This document shows positions 55,287-64,000 of a DNA stretch of 64,000 nt, in pieces (position 1 is the first letter of the stretch; every line of letters starts with the position of its first letter). Below the pieces are notes generated by a model that saw nothing but the letters and a program-made list of their open reading frames with translations, was not told the origin of the DNA and did no database searches. Location of the stretch: positions 32,001 to 96,000 of IMG/VR virus record IMGVR_UViG_3300050821_001198. One strand, 5' to 3'. The stretch is from a virus. The position numbers and the translations under genes are program-made.

Positions 55287-55700
55287 TCAAGAGACTAGGT
55301 ACAACTGGTGGCCGACGCTATACGTGTTGCCTAGGTCATCGGTGATCACGAGGCTAGCGCGGGCCTGATAGTTCGCTACGAGATAGGTGTGAGTTACCGT
55401 ATCTGTTCCAGTCTGATACACTGTCCCGTCCCCCATTGCCCACTCGTAGTTCACGACTGATCGATTGGGTGCCAGGGTTACAGCCGCCGTGAAGGTGATA
55501 ACAGTGCTGATGGCGGTCTCATTGACTGTGACTGTAGTTTCACCTATAGTGATGGGTGTCGCTGTAAAAGGAGTCCACGAGAAGTCCAACGTCATCGGGG
55601 GAATCCCGGGGCCGGGTTTGTTGATCGTATCTCCTATCTCGCTGGCCTGGGCGGACGAGAAGGCGTGAATAGGGAGCGGATCGGCTTGGTATATGGTCAT
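55287..55700 (-). CDS. PKD-domain virion protein
   Basis: YEWAMGDG..VTHTY..SLVITD. Confidence 0.7.
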   Translation of the reverse strand: MTIYQADPLPIHAFSSAQASEIGDTINKPGPGIPPMTLDFSWTPFTATPITIGETTVTVNETAISTVITFTAAVTLAPNRSVVNYEWAMGDGTVYQTGTDTVTHTYLVANYQARASLVITDDLGNTYSVGHQLYLVS

Positions 55701-56491
55701 TACGCTGTCACCGTATGAGTTACTGAACCGCGACGACCATTTTGATCGGTTACGGTGAGCGTGATGTCGTGGTCTCCTGAGCCGTATACAAACGATTTCT
55801 CGATGATAGGACCATACCCGTAAGTCCCGTCATCAAAGGCCCAGCTATAAGAGGCAATACGAGCCGGTCCGGAGGACGTTTCTGCATTGCATGTGAAAAT
55901 GGGGTTGCTGGGGACCCCACAATCGTAAGACCAGTTGTATGCCGATGTATTCCCGTAAGGAACGTTGCCATCAGATAGAATCGCCCCGGGGTAGAGATCT
56001 TCGGCCGAAAGTGCTGTCCAGAATCCGGCGGCCAGAGTGTGTGGAAGTGAAGTGGCCCCAAAGGTACTTGTAACCACCCCGCTGTCTGCGTCAAAAGTCA
56101 TAGTGATCTCGGTAGGATCAACGGGTGCGGTAACAGTCAACGAGTCAAAGAAGTTTAGGCCACCCGGAGCGTATCCGAACACCTGAAGGTTATTGGGTTC
56201 CTGGGCCGAGAACGACGCGAACAGACCGTACGTGAATGTAGAGTCCGAGATCGTGGCCACATAGATGCCGTAGGCGTAACCTCCCGGAGTCCATCCTAGG
56301 TTCACTGTAAACGGGGGATTCTGACTGATCCGTTGATCGGTCCACTGCAATGCCCCCGTGGTGCTAGTCGAGAGGATCGCTAGATCATTTGCAGAGACCG
56401 AGAAGTCCGTTCCCTCCACGCCTGCCTGTATGGTGTATGTGGAATCGCTGAAGTAGTCATGCGTGAATGTATCGGACCAAGTTGTGGGCAT
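55700..56491 (-). CDS. PKD-domain virion protein
   Basis: SYSWAFDDG..ITLTVTDQNG. Confidence 0.7.
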   Translation of the reverse strand: MPTTWSDTFTHDYFSDSTYTIQAGVEGTDFSVSANDLAILSTSTTGALQWTDQRISQNPPFTVNLGWTPGGYAYGIYVATISDSTFTYGLFASFSAQEPNNLQVFGYAPGGLNFFDSLTVTAPVDPTEITMTFDADSGVVTSTFGATSLPHTLAAGFWTALSAEDLYPGAILSDGNVPYGNTSAYNWSYDCGVPSNPIFTCNAETSSGPARIASYSWAFDDGTYGYGPIIEKSFVYGSGDHDITLTVTDQNGRRGSVTHTVTA

Positions 56492-58734
56492 TAGCTTTCA
56501 ACCGTGAATGCGGCTGTCGGACCCTCCCCGTCCAGTAGGGCTTCATCAGACCACACGAAACGACCCGGAGAGGCGTACTTAGGAATGATCTGAAGGGCAT
56601 TGATCTCGGCTTCCGGGAACATCTGCACGCCCGATACCTGAAGACTCGTGCCGCGTGTGTTCGCGACGGTTCCATCGTAGACCCCGTTGATGAAGTCAAA
56701 CGGAACCCAATCGAGACCGTCATCATCCCAGAGATCCGGACCGTCACTACGCATCTTCCAACGGAAGGCACGAGCGGTCACTGTAAGGTTGTTGATGACC
56801 CAGACGTTCGAGTGCGATCCCGGCTGGAGGAACAGGAGATTGTAGAACCCTGTGATGTCGCCACGATCTTGGTACGGGAGAGCGAGCGATGTAGCCACCT
56901 GTAGACGGTAGTGCTGCCAGTGACCGGCGTTGATCAGGGGGAGCGGGAGCGGCACGATGTTGTGGGTATCACTCAGCAAGAAGATTTGGAGGGCGGACGT
57001 ACCTGTCGGGTATAGAAGATCGAATTCGATAACAAGGTTGTCCCAATCGTAGACCCAGAAGGGAGTTGTCTGTGCTCCGCTGTGGGGCTGCGAACTGACG
57101 CTTGCAACCTGGAACCCGTTAGGCTGAAGAGTGACAGATCCGCCGAACGGACCATCGACCACCTGGGCGGCCTCTACCACGTCCGGACTCGACTCCACAA
57201 ATAGCTGAGCGCCGACAACGGGTGTCATCGACTGCATCGCGGTCGAGAGGTACTCGCCGTAGTTCGCGTACCGGCTGTTGATACTCACGAGGCTCGCGTC
57301 ACCGTCTACTAGCTGAGCGTACCATCCGATCCGTCCACGGCGATTGTGTAGGAGGGCGGGATCGTCAATCTCGGTTGTATCGAAGACAACGGTGTCGAAA
57401 TCGATGTTCCCGAATCCGTCTGACGGGTAGATGATGCACCGGACGGAGGTACCGACAAGCTCTGTGAAGACGACATAGTAGGTGTCGGAGTTCAATGTCG
57501 GGGCGAAGGAATAGAAGTCGCCGCCTTTGTTCTGCATCGTCAGCGATGCGGGACTTGTTCCCCAAGTTACCTCGATCTCGAAGTAGTCTTCAGAGTTTGA
57601 GACGGGTCGCGAGTCCATTTGCGCCATCGTGCGCCCGTCCAGGGTCATCATCGAATCAACGTCTAGTCCGCCCACGGTCTCAGGACCCAAGAGCATGGAA
57701 GACGACGAGAAGTCTGGTTGTACGTTCCCATCGAGCACGGACATTGCGGTACCGTCTAGGTCGGCCATAGTGGACGCACTGGACGCGGTAGCCCTGTAGT
57801 ACATGTTGATCGTGTTAGTGCCCTGTGTCATCGAGCCCGTGTAGAAGAACGTAGTGTGACGTATGTCGATAGGGTTGCTTGTGCCCGGAAGGGTCCGAAA
57901 CAGGATCGGGAAATCGGTCTCGTCCGAGGGTGGCGTTGTAGAAGTGGGGAAGTCCACGCTGGGACCGGACGTATTGAGGGAGCCGTCTCGTGTGACTGTA
58001 CGCTTGAGCATGTTGCGACGTGTGTCGAGATCTACAGGAGCAACCTTCCACGTTGCCGAAAAGACCCTGATTGCCATGCAACGGAATGTGCAGCTTGCGG
58101 TTGCCGCGATACGGAGCCGGACACCCGTGACGTTCGTCAAATCGATTCCGGTGAAGCTCGTACGAGGAAGCCGGATCTCAGAGTTTCCCGCCACCGGGCT
58201 CGTGAGGCTGTCTGAGAACGGAACGGAGGCAATTGTGCCGCCGAAGCTACCCGCCGGGTCGGACGTGAGATCAATGAAGCAACTAGCGAGCGTGAGATCC
58301 CCGAGAGGGAGTGCAGGGCACGCTAGGGATACGAAGGCTGAGTTGTCAAAGCCCGTTAGGATGTCTACCGGAGACGACACCGAGACGGTCGTAGTGGTGC
58401 CGGATGTGCAGGTAAGCTGGATACCAGACTGGTTCTGACGATCCGACTGAGGCCCGACCGTACCCTCTGTCCAGTGTTCGCCCTCATAGACAGTGGTGAA
58501 GTCGCTATCAAGCTCCATCATTGTGTACGAGTCGAGCCCGCTCACCGAGAAGAGATCAAGATCGTACATCGTCGCCCCTGTAGTGAGATCGTCCTGCATG
58601 AACGTCCGTAGATCTACGTGGCGCTGAAAGGGAATCTGTGCCTGCTGGTTTACGTCCTGGCAGGTTGAGGGCTGATAGCTCCCGTCCGGAGTCAGGAAGC
58701 TTTCGATCAGTGAATCGGCGGGCTGAAGCATCAT
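56491..58734 (-). CDS. Minor tail/baseplate structural protein
   Basis: 747 aa, beta-rich S/T/D composition, in tail module. Confidence 0.6.
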   Translation of the reverse strand: MMLQPADSLIESFLTPDGSYQPSTCQDVNQQAQIPFQRHVDLRTFMQDDLTTGATMYDLDLFSVSGLDSYTMMELDSDFTTVYEGEHWTEGTVGPQSDRQNQSGIQLTCTSGTTTTVSVSSPVDILTGFDNSAFVSLACPALPLGDLTLASCFIDLTSDPAGSFGGTIASVPFSDSLTSPVAGNSEIRLPRTSFTGIDLTNVTGVRLRIAATASCTFRCMAIRVFSATWKVAPVDLDTRRNMLKRTVTRDGSLNTSGPSVDFPTSTTPPSDETDFPILFRTLPGTSNPIDIRHTTFFYTGSMTQGTNTINMYYRATASSASTMADLDGTAMSVLDGNVQPDFSSSSMLLGPETVGGLDVDSMMTLDGRTMAQMDSRPVSNSEDYFEIEVTWGTSPASLTMQNKGGDFYSFAPTLNSDTYYVVFTELVGTSVRCIIYPSDGFGNIDFDTVVFDTTEIDDPALLHNRRGRIGWYAQLVDGDASLVSINSRYANYGEYLSTAMQSMTPVVGAQLFVESSPDVVEAAQVVDGPFGGSVTLQPNGFQVASVSSQPHSGAQTTPFWVYDWDNLVIEFDLLYPTGTSALQIFLLSDTHNIVPLPLPLINAGHWQHYRLQVATSLALPYQDRGDITGFYNLLFLQPGSHSNVWVINNLTVTARAFRWKMRSDGPDLWDDDGLDWVPFDFINGVYDGTVANTRGTSLQVSGVQMFPEAEINALQIIPKYASPGRFVWSDEALLDGEGPTAAFTVES

Positions 58735-58753
58735 TGGTTATTTGACCGCTGTC

Positions 58754-60484
58754 TTACGTGATCTGGTTGAACCCGTCGCCAAAGACCTCCCAATAGACGG
58801 GGGTATCTCGTGGAATGTTGTAGTTGTCGCGCAAGAAGGCAAGCTCGCGAACGCCAGCGAAGTAAGCCCGGTCATTGGTGAACTTAGCCGTTGCCTTACG
58901 ATAGGTGTGGCGGCACGTCGCGAAGAAGTACATGTCGGGCTGCTGCTTCTGCTGCATGAGCGGGTCTCGCAGTCGGGAAGACGTATAGGGAGCCAGGGGA
59001 ATGTAACTTGGCCGGATGCGCTCCTGCGGGTAGGCTTGCAGGGTGGATAGAGCCGCTGTCGCCTGCGATGCGATTTGACCTAGCAGCGAGTTGTTGTTCG
59101 AGAGGTCCGTGGGCTGTAGTGAGAAGGGTAGGAGGGCGGTTGAGATGTTCTGAAGAGTGGTCTGGTCAACCTGGGATAGATCCTGGGTAAGCTGCTCCTG
59201 AAACTCAAGCTGTTGCTGAACCTGGATCGACACTGGAAGCTCGGGACCAGTGTCAATGCCGTCTAGGGTGTACGAATAGGCGTAATCCAGGAGATCGAAG
59301 ACAACGTTGGTCGCCGGACTAATCAAGTAGTCTTCTGAGATCCTGCTAGCCTCGTACTGAGCCAGGAAGTAGGTCAGCACCCACGAAGGGAAGCGCTGAT
59401 ACTGTACCGGCTGAACCACCTTAGTCCGGTACTGCTGTGACTGGAGGTTGGTCATCTCGATCTTGAAGAACTTGGCAGTGGCGGGCCGTGGAAGATAGTA
59501 GGTGTCACGCTTCCTGGCGGTGTACACCATAGGCACGCGGGTCCAGAGCTTGCTATCCCAATCGCTGGCATCGATGGCGGGATCTCCGTCCGACGAGTAG
59601 TACACATTGAAGGTCATGTTCGGCGTGATTGGGTCGAGCAGAATCGAGTCCACCACTACCGGCTCTCCATCCTGTGACATGTCAGCGTACAGTGCCTCTA
59701 TGGCGAACTTGGAGGGGTTTGGGCGTGACATCCACTGGATGTTCGGGTCTCCATCTACCGGGTTGACCGCTTCGACTGCCTTTGGGATGACGACGGCACG
59801 GAACTGGTTGCCCAGGATATCCGTTCCGCTGTCAGCGGAGAGAGCGGATACCCGAAAATTCATACTGACCTCGTTGCCGTCGTCGGTGAAGATTCCGGTT
59901 CCATCGGAGTTGGCATACGCACAGACATTGAAGCTTGCAAGGGGGTTAGGAGCAACATAGAAGAGAGCGCTGATCCCGGCGGAGAAAACAGTCCAAAGGC
60001 GAAACCGATCATTCAACCAAGCGGGATCAATCGTGATAGGAGTAGGAGCCGTCATCTGCGCCCAAATAAATGATCCGACATAGGGTACCTGCTCAAGTGT
60101 ATTCTGCGTCAAGTTGTCCCAGGACCCCTGGCTATTTAGGTGGTCAATACCCCACAGCGCCGTGACATTCAGATCGGTGGCCTGCATCATCAATTGGATA
60201 CCTGACAGAGCCGGGATCTCGGGGGTTGAATCGGGACCGCGCTCGTAATCCACTGGTAGAAAGAAGTCCTGGTAGATTGCTTCCGCGTAAATCGTCCCAA
60301 AGTCCGCAATCTCAGCGTTGCCTCCGTCGAGTACGGTTCCGCCGTCACCGTCAAGAATAAGAAGTCCTGAGCTTGATGCGTCTCCGCCGTCGTAATTGAG
60401 CAACGAGGAACCCGGCACAATTGACCCCGATGAAAGCGCGTTCTGGTTGATGACGAGGCCGCTATATTTGGTGGTTACTGACAT
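58754..60484 (-). CDS. Minor tail/baseplate structural protein
   Basis: 576 aa, adjacent to baseplate genes. Confidence 0.6.
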   Translation of the reverse strand: MSVTTKYSGLVINQNALSSGSIVPGSSLLNYDGGDASSSGLLILDGDGGTVLDGGNAEIADFGTIYAEAIYQDFFLPVDYERGPDSTPEIPALSGIQLMMQATDLNVTALWGIDHLNSQGSWDNLTQNTLEQVPYVGSFIWAQMTAPTPITIDPAWLNDRFRLWTVFSAGISALFYVAPNPLASFNVCAYANSDGTGIFTDDGNEVSMNFRVSALSADSGTDILGNQFRAVVIPKAVEAVNPVDGDPNIQWMSRPNPSKFAIEALYADMSQDGEPVVVDSILLDPITPNMTFNVYYSSDGDPAIDASDWDSKLWTRVPMVYTARKRDTYYLPRPATAKFFKIEMTNLQSQQYRTKVVQPVQYQRFPSWVLTYFLAQYEASRISEDYLISPATNVVFDLLDYAYSYTLDGIDTGPELPVSIQVQQQLEFQEQLTQDLSQVDQTTLQNISTALLPFSLQPTDLSNNNSLLGQIASQATAALSTLQAYPQERIRPSYIPLAPYTSSRLRDPLMQQKQQPDMYFFATCRHTYRKATAKFTNDRAYFAGVRELAFLRDNYNIPRDTPVYWEVFGDGFNQIT

Positions 60485-60488
60485 CTGA

Positions 60489-62996
60489 CTACCCTACAAT
60501 CCGGCCCAGACGAAGGTTCTGGACGTTGCATGTCCACGGGAGCCCACCGAACTGCGGTGGCGCAAGTCCCCGGGTGAACGTTATCAGCACGTATCGCGTA
60601 TAGATCACGTCGTTGATACCGTCTGCGAAGTTGAACTCCGATGTGTACCAAAGTGACTGCTGATCGGTGGTGTAGGAGATGAAGTCATCATACGTCAGAA
60701 GCGGGTTCGGGGTAACCGCCTGCCAGTCGAAGTATCCCGCCTGGTCCATCGTGTCATACTGGATGGTGATACCGAACGGCTTACGTGCGATCTCGAAGTC
60801 GATGTAGTTGATCGCCTGGGGAGATCCGAAGTCGATGAGTAGTGTCTCCGCGCCCTCCGTGGCCGCCATCGAGGACCAGAAGTTGGAGGGCGGGTTCACC
60901 GCCTGAACGCCTCCAACCGCTGTTACGTAGTCGAACGGATAGATACCGTCGATCATTGCCACCGGGGACCCGCTATCGGGTAGTGCGACTTGCTGGATAT
61001 AGAGGTCCACCGACCCGCTCGCGTTCGGAGCTAGCGCCTGCGAAGCAGCCCATACCTCGGTCGGGTCGGTCTGCTGCCCAAGGAACGGGAACAGTGCGCT
61101 CTCCATCTGGTTGAACTGACCAACCAGAGTGGTGGATGCCGTAGTGGTGACAGGATTGTGGAAGCCCTGATAGTCGTGCTGCGGATCGTTCGCTAGGCGG
61201 GGTGCCTGTTCCTCCACTCCCGCTACGATCCAGTGGTACTGATCGACGGGCGGCCAATTGACGCTGGAGAGCCCAGACACATAGCGGAGCACCTGATTCT
61301 GCTGGGTGGTGGCGTAGATGTTGCCCCATGGCTGGTTCTGACGAATCGAAGTGAATGGATGGACGGTGGGAATCGTTGTGACTGAGCGAATTCGATCTAG
61401 TGCAATCTGAAGTGAGTAAAGGTCTGCGGGAGCGATAGCTACGATCTCTTGGTCGCCATTGACAAGTCCCGTCCCGGTGGTGATCTCGAACGCCTCATCC
61501 GTGAAGTACGGCGAGATGACACTGATCTGGTTGATTGTGCTATCGTTGGCCAGCGTATTTGTGAAGGTGAACACCCACGGCTCAATGACCGTGACTCCGC
61601 CAACGACAGAGGCTCCGCCTGTCACAGATAGGTTTCCGTCACCGACACTTGGCAGGGCGTTCATGTAGTCGGCTACCGTGAAGCAATCCGCGTAGATGGC
61701 GGGGGCTACCGTCATGGGGCTGGACGGCCCATTGAAGATCCAGATACCGTCTTGATCCGATGATGTCTGGAAGGCCAGACGCACGTACTGTCCGGAGGTC
61801 ACGGTGACGCCTCCGAACGTTGCTGTTCCGGGGCTGGCCGTGTTGATGTTGACCGTGGCTGTAGCCGCTACGACGGCGGCGGGGTTTAGAGTGAACCAGC
61901 GGCTTGCTCCCGGTCCCGGAGCCACGGGAGGGGTAGAGGGAGGGTAAGCGCCCTGAGGCCCGCTAGCGGGGTTCGTGTAGGTCTCATACGGCGCATACCA
62001 GCCGTTGAAGTAAAGAGCGAAGATCGGCTGGGTGACCCCGCCCAATCCAGCGGCGAGGCCAATGTCGGCGTATGTCGTCTCTCCGACCACCTGAGCTACG
62101 AAACAGGCGCTCCCCGATTCGCCGCCGGGGGCGGTTGCTCGATACAAGCGGTAGCTCAGGGCACCTACGACGGAGTTCCATGAGAGAGTGGCTGTATCGG
62201 CGGTCGATGTGATGTCAACTGTGATTTCGTTAGACGGGAATGTCTCACCGCCTGGCATTACAGCCGCGACTACGTAGTAGTAATCGCCTGTCGAGGCCCA
62301 TGATCCACCGGAGCCGGTGATAACGGCTGCGAGATCCGTGGGACCAAGGTCGGGCCAGTTCAAGGTGATAGTCTGAACCTGGGTGTTACTGATCTCGTTG
62401 TTCGGCAGAATCACCAACTCTTCGGTCGAAGTTGTCTGGCCGTAGTTGTACAGGCCGAGAGGATCGTCTGAGTGCTGATCGAACAGGTACTTGTACTGCT
62501 CCACGACCTGGACGCCGCGACCAACCCCGGAACGTGCGACCAGTTCGAGTCCAGCGGGCGAGTTACCTAGACGAACACCGTGCAGGAAGTCAATTGCCCT
62601 GTTACGATAGCTGGCGTCCTGTGAGATAAGTGTCTCCCACTCGTCTGCTGTGAGCATGCCGGTGGCGTCACTCGCGGGGAACTCAGAGAGAATGCGGCCG
62701 AACGAGAAGGGATCTCCGTAGAAGGCGTCGAGATCCGAGTTATTGATCCCGTGCTCTTCATAAATCAGGCGTGCTTGGAGGTAGTCCTGCTGGACAAGTG
62801 CGACACCGGCCGGACCCAGGACCGTGTAGAGCAGCTTGACCAAGTGGCTGCTGAGCCCCTTGTGGTAGATCGAATCAGGGAAGATCTCAAGGGCCGACTC
62901 TAGCTTGTCGGAACCCTGAAGCGGCTCAACTACAGCAGTCTGATCAACCGTCTGTGTGAGTGTAGGGAGAGGGAGTTGAGTCAGCGAGGTAGCCAT
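60489..62996 (-). CDS. Baseplate wedge-like protein with Fn3/Ig-like insertions
   Basis: DLDAFYG..QDASYRNR..G.SPAGLEL; YYYVVAAV..GET.PSNE. Confidence 0.6.
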   Translation of the reverse strand: MATSLTQLPLPTLTQTVDQTAVVEPLQGSDKLESALEIFPDSIYHKGLSSHLVKLLYTVLGPAGVALVQQDYLQARLIYEEHGINNSDLDAFYGDPFSFGRILSEFPASDATGMLTADEWETLISQDASYRNRAIDFLHGVRLGNSPAGLELVARSGVGRGVQVVEQYKYLFDQHSDDPLGLYNYGQTTSTEELVILPNNEISNTQVQTITLNWPDLGPTDLAAVITGSGGSWASTGDYYYVVAAVMPGGETFPSNEITVDITSTADTATLSWNSVVGALSYRLYRATAPGGESGSACFVAQVVGETTYADIGLAAGLGGVTQPIFALYFNGWYAPYETYTNPASGPQGAYPPSTPPVAPGPGASRWFTLNPAAVVAATATVNINTASPGTATFGGVTVTSGQYVRLAFQTSSDQDGIWIFNGPSSPMTVAPAIYADCFTVADYMNALPSVGDGNLSVTGGASVVGGVTVIEPWVFTFTNTLANDSTINQISVISPYFTDEAFEITTGTGLVNGDQEIVAIAPADLYSLQIALDRIRSVTTIPTVHPFTSIRQNQPWGNIYATTQQNQVLRYVSGLSSVNWPPVDQYHWIVAGVEEQAPRLANDPQHDYQGFHNPVTTTASTTLVGQFNQMESALFPFLGQQTDPTEVWAASQALAPNASGSVDLYIQQVALPDSGSPVAMIDGIYPFDYVTAVGGVQAVNPPSNFWSSMAATEGAETLLIDFGSPQAINYIDFEIARKPFGITIQYDTMDQAGYFDWQAVTPNPLLTYDDFISYTTDQQSLWYTSEFNFADGINDVIYTRYVLITFTRGLAPPQFGGLPWTCNVQNLRLGRIVG

Positions 62997-62999
62997 CGC

Positions 63000-64000
63000 T
63001 TACCTCAGCCAAGTATCCTGGGCGCGTGGCCGGATGATCAAGCCGGGAAGCGTATCCGTTGCAAGCTGTCCAGTGGGTAGGGAGGGAAGCTGACTGTCGA
63101 GTAGGAAGAAGTCGTTGTTGATCGAGTAAGGGCCGCCGATTAGGCTAGGAGTACAGGTCAACACGTCTGTCTGGAACCCGTCAGAACTGAATGTGAAGAT
63201 GAAGGGGTCCTCAGGAGTTCCGGTTCCGGACGTGTAAGTGGCCCCAATCCCTGCGATGGCGAGGTATAGGTCTAGCTCGAAAGCCATGAAGGCGGTATCG
63301 GTGGAGTATCCAATCGGGAGTGTTGTTAGGTCGCCCAGGGAGAGGGTGAATGTTCCACCGACCGGCGAGCCCACAAAGTAGCCCTGCTGGATCTCAGGAG
63401 TGCTAGAGGTACCGAGAACCACCCGATCAAGCTGCATGGTGCGGAGCGGGTTTCCATTGATGTCACAGACCGTGATCTCGTCAAGCGTGTCATCGACATC
63501 GCGAGACCACCGGACATTCGAGATGCCCTGGACATTATGGATGATGTTGAGTAGGGTGGACATCTGGATCGTGGCACCGAAATACTGTCCAGTGAGGTAG
63601 GTTTGTAGGGCCGCCTGAATGGCTCCGTTCACTACGCTGACGCTCGATCCCGGGGTATACATGACGGTCACATCGAGTTTGTAATACTGCGTCACAGACT
63701 GGTGCCCGAGAACATCGGTGGTTGACTGCTTGACACCTTCTAGGGCCGTCTGGAGATCAACGATGTTCTTGTCGTATACGTAGCCGTCCACCTGGACTGT
63801 GGGACCGGGGTTCAACGTTATTGAAGGTGCGGAGCCCACCGGGGGAGATCCAGCGGCAGCAGTCAGGTTCCATTCAATGCCGTCTCGCGCTCGGACGGTG
63901 CCGCCAATCGAGTCAACCTCCTGAACAGCGTAGTAGTGAATACCCAAGTAGTAGGTGTATCCGCCAGCCGTGATTGTCTCTGGAAGGCTAATCAGGGGAG
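63000..64000 (-). CDS. Baseplate J-like protein (5' end outside window)
   Basis: Frame open to window end; IQAALQTYL..FGATIQMSTLLNIIHNVQGISNV C-terminal motif. Confidence 0.7.
   Translation of the reverse strand, partial: PLISLPETITAGGYTYYLGIHYYAVQEVDSIGGTVRARDGIEWNLTAAAGSPPVGSAPSITLNPGPTVQVDGYVYDKNIVDLQTALEGVKQSTTDVLGHQSVTQYYKLDVTVMYTPGSSVSVVNGAIQAALQTYLTGQYFGATIQMSTLLNIIHNVQGISNVRWSRDVDDTLDEITVCDINGNPLRTMQLDRVVLGTSSTPEIQQGYFVGSPVGGTFTLSLGDLTTLPIGYSTDTAFMAFELDLYLAIAGIGATYTSGTGTPEDPFIFTFSSDGFQTDVLTCTPSLIGGPYSINNDFFLLDSQLPSLPTGQLATDTLPGLIIRPRAQDTWLR

Noticed and set aside
1-64000. Stop-codon reassignment
   Set aside because: TAG, TGA and TAA all terminate recognisable full-length genes under the standard code
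1-64000. Prophage or integration module
   Set aside because: No integrase, repressor or host genes seen; all content is phage-like

Overview
This is 64 kb from a large lytic-type dsDNA tailed phage, probably with a contractile tail. Its layout resembles large actinobacteriophage myoviruses such as Bxz1. An Actinomycetota host is inferred from GC of roughly 60%, apparently leaderless genes, a class 3 DnaB intein and an Arr-like domain. The left arm (minus strand, 1-31908) carries a block of multidomain effector-like genes, nucleotide-metabolism genes, portal, terminase, RNA ligase, two structurally aberrant tRNAs, a Nampt + NadM-Nudix NAD+ salvage pair, ClpP, ThyX and a class II RNR. It begins with a gene of more than 1060 aa that the ORF track missed: papain-like domain, two ADP-ribosyltransferase domains and an intein-split SWIM finger. 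The centre (plus strand, 32304-51419) is a replication/recombination module: DnaC-like loader, DnaB with intein, primase, SSB, RNase H, DnaE, RecA, resolvases, sigma-like HTH and SNF2 helicase. The right end (minus strand) holds tail fibre, PKD, minor tail and baseplate genes. Four observations stand out: (1) the multi-enzyme ART polyprotein in the same genome as an NAD+ regeneration cassette; (2) a ~320-nt highly structured nrdJ leader with mutually exclusive terminal-helix and anti-SD pairings, a riboswitch/ncRNA candidate; (3) several sigmaA-type promoters whose -10 box sits at the centre of an inverted repeat; (4) two tRNAs with non-canonical arms flanking the NAD cassette. All protein calls come from motif recognition by eye; no database searches were run.
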